Assembly: GCF_036971445.1 (NCBI RefSeq)
Contig: NC_091474.1
Location: forward strand, 209,126,001-209,190,000
Length of the DNA stretch: 64,000 nt
Reading direction: 5' to 3'
From: Narcine bancroftii
Lineage: Eukaryota
Below are positions 62,345 to 64,000 of the stretch, one piece after another. The notes under the pieces were generated by a model. The model was not told where the DNA came from and did not search any database. It saw nothing but the letters and a program-made list of their open reading frames with translations. Numbering within the stretch: position 1 is the stretch's first letter; each line of letters begins with the position of its first letter. The position numbers and the translations under genes were made by a program.

Positions 62345-63705
62345 CAGTTAAACCCTGCTATATGCTACCTCAATAAACACAAAATTCAGTTACTGCAATT
62401 TGGAAATTTGCTGTCTTACACTTGTAATTATTCAATTACCGTGAGCTCTTTCTGGAAAACTCAAAGTTACAAGTAGATCGTGTGAACGGCCCTAAGTAAA
62501 ATGTGCACAAGCGACAGTCAGACTCAGTGTGCGCCTCCTATTAAATATGGATAAAAAATGTGGAGAAGAATCTGACAGTAATATTAAAAGGAAAAGAAAA
62601 GCAATTACTTCAGAAGAAAAACTAGAAGTTATTAAACAATATGAATACAGTGCCAGCAATGTGAAAATCGGACCCAGTGAGTCAACGGTACACACAATTT
62701 TAAGTAAGAAGCACGAATATAAAGAAAAAGTTGCATCATTTTCTCTCAGCATGCAGATTACTCAAAACAGAAGACCATTAATGATTGAAATGGAACGGCT
62801 ACTTCATCTTTGAATTGAAGATTGTAACCCAAAGTGAATACCACTTTCTACAAAAAACATTCAAACCAAAGCTTTAAACATCGAAAATAAATTTCAAGGG
62901 GATATGAAAACTCTTGCTGCAAGTTTAAGTTGGTTTGACCATTTTCAACATTGAACAGGATTACACGACGTAAGAATTACAGGGGAAGCTGCTAAAATTC
63001 TGCTACTAAATTTCCAGAAACTTTTCAAAAAGGATTTTTGTCTAAATGTTGATCCTAACATGGAAAGTACTATGGAAGTCTGCAGCAATTTAGAAAAAGT
63101 GATTGCTCGTTGATCTCCCAGAGAGGGTAGGTATAGGAAGTTGTGGCAGATGAATGCGTGGCTTAAGTGTTGGTGCAGGCGGCAGGGGGCCCATATCCTG
63201 GTGGACAGGTTAGCTAGAGCTTTTGGGGAAGATTTAAACTTGTTTTGCGGTGGGTGGGAATCAGAATGTAAGCGCATAAATTAGGCCAGAAGGTGAAAGG
63301 AATGTGCTCTGAGTTTGTGAGGAAGGACGGGCAGGGGACAAAACATAAAGGGAGCCATTTAGCAGGGTTGAAGGATGCTTATTTCAATGCTTGGAATAAA
63401 GGGGATCAACGTAAAAGTGAAAGCAATGACAAAAAAACATCAAAATCTATGCAGTCAATTATTTTTCTAAGAAATAGTTTAGTTATGATGTAATTATGAA
63501 ATAAATGAAAAAATATCAATTATTTTTTATTAACCTTAACAGTTTTGGCATTTATGTAGCGAAACGTTTTTAAAGCATTTTTATGTCTGAAAGGACGGGG
63601 ATTCATTGTAATTATTCCCATTGATTCTACTAATCGCTTAACATGAATTCATCTTACATGAGTAAAAATTGGGATGAATTAATCTCGTAAAGTGGGGTTT
63701 GCCTG
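62345..63705 (+). mobile_element. Tigger/pogo DNA transposon (deleted), interrupted by a CR1 ORF1 fragment at ~63110-63395
   Basis: TA flanks; TIR CAGTTAAACCCTGCTATATG vs CGTAAAGTGGGGTTTGCCTG; KRKAITSEEKLEVIK..ESTVHTIL..EMERLL..WFDHF..RITGEAA; insert encodes QMNAWLKCWCRRQG. Confidence 0.82.
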
Positions 63706-63709
63706 TATC

Positions 63710-64000
63710 ATCAAGTCAGAGTCAAACTTATCCTCACCCGCACACAGCACCATTGCCTCGTTGCAGTGTAATGACCTGCATTGTGTCCATTCTCTGTAAA
63801 TTTATTTCTCACAAAATACCTAATGCAGTGAGGTTTCTTATGCGAACAGACCAGCAGGTTATCCCTAATATTACATACAGCCATATAAAGAGCACAATTT
63901 ACAGACAGTGTAGAGACAATGGAAAGGAAGATCAATTAGTACCACACAAGAGCACTATTATGGTGTTTCACTCAGGAGCCTGATGGTTCTGGGAAAGAAA
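63710..64000 (-). mobile_element. Rex1/Babar-like 3' tail running off the window end
   Basis: tcaagtcagagtcaa tail and caggagcctgatgg..gggaaagaa (reverse of FFP.TIRLL). Confidence 0.55.

Overview
Eukaryotic, repeat-saturated, essentially non-coding DNA (intron or intergenic). The repeat repertoire (V-SINE/HE1-like SINEs, abundant CR1, Rex1/Babar, RTE, L2-like and L1 LINE fragments, Penelope-derived hairpins with hammerhead motifs) points to a cartilaginous fish, probably a ray/skate (inference). No intact host protein-coding gene, rRNA, tRNA or CRISPR array was found; the listed ORFs that can be interpreted are decayed TE frames, antisense shadows or tandem-repeat artefacts. The window is dominated by two nested TE stacks. 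(1) A decayed full-length BEL/Pao element (13845-23146) sits inside a CR1 and carries at least five secondary insertions and an N-terminal SAP domain. (2) An L1 (~43480-54965) is split by a CsRn1-type Gypsy (tRNA-Trp PBS), a Penelope hairpin and a second Gypsy (49024-54444) whose 5' LTR holds a solo LTR. The most striking signal: both the second Gypsy and the BEL element lack a tRNA PBS and instead have, at the PBS position, sequence complementary to their own LTR at or next to the poly(A) signal (candidate tRNA-independent self-priming or poly(A)-occlusion fold). Other highlights are a 5'-inverted (twin-primed) RTE with an 11-bp TSD, minimal hammerhead motifs in inverted Penelope pLTRs, a minisatellite born from a pLTR terminus, and a composite double-hairpin hAT MITE present twice. 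Boundaries of old LINE fragments are approximate; family names come from motif recognition, not database searches.
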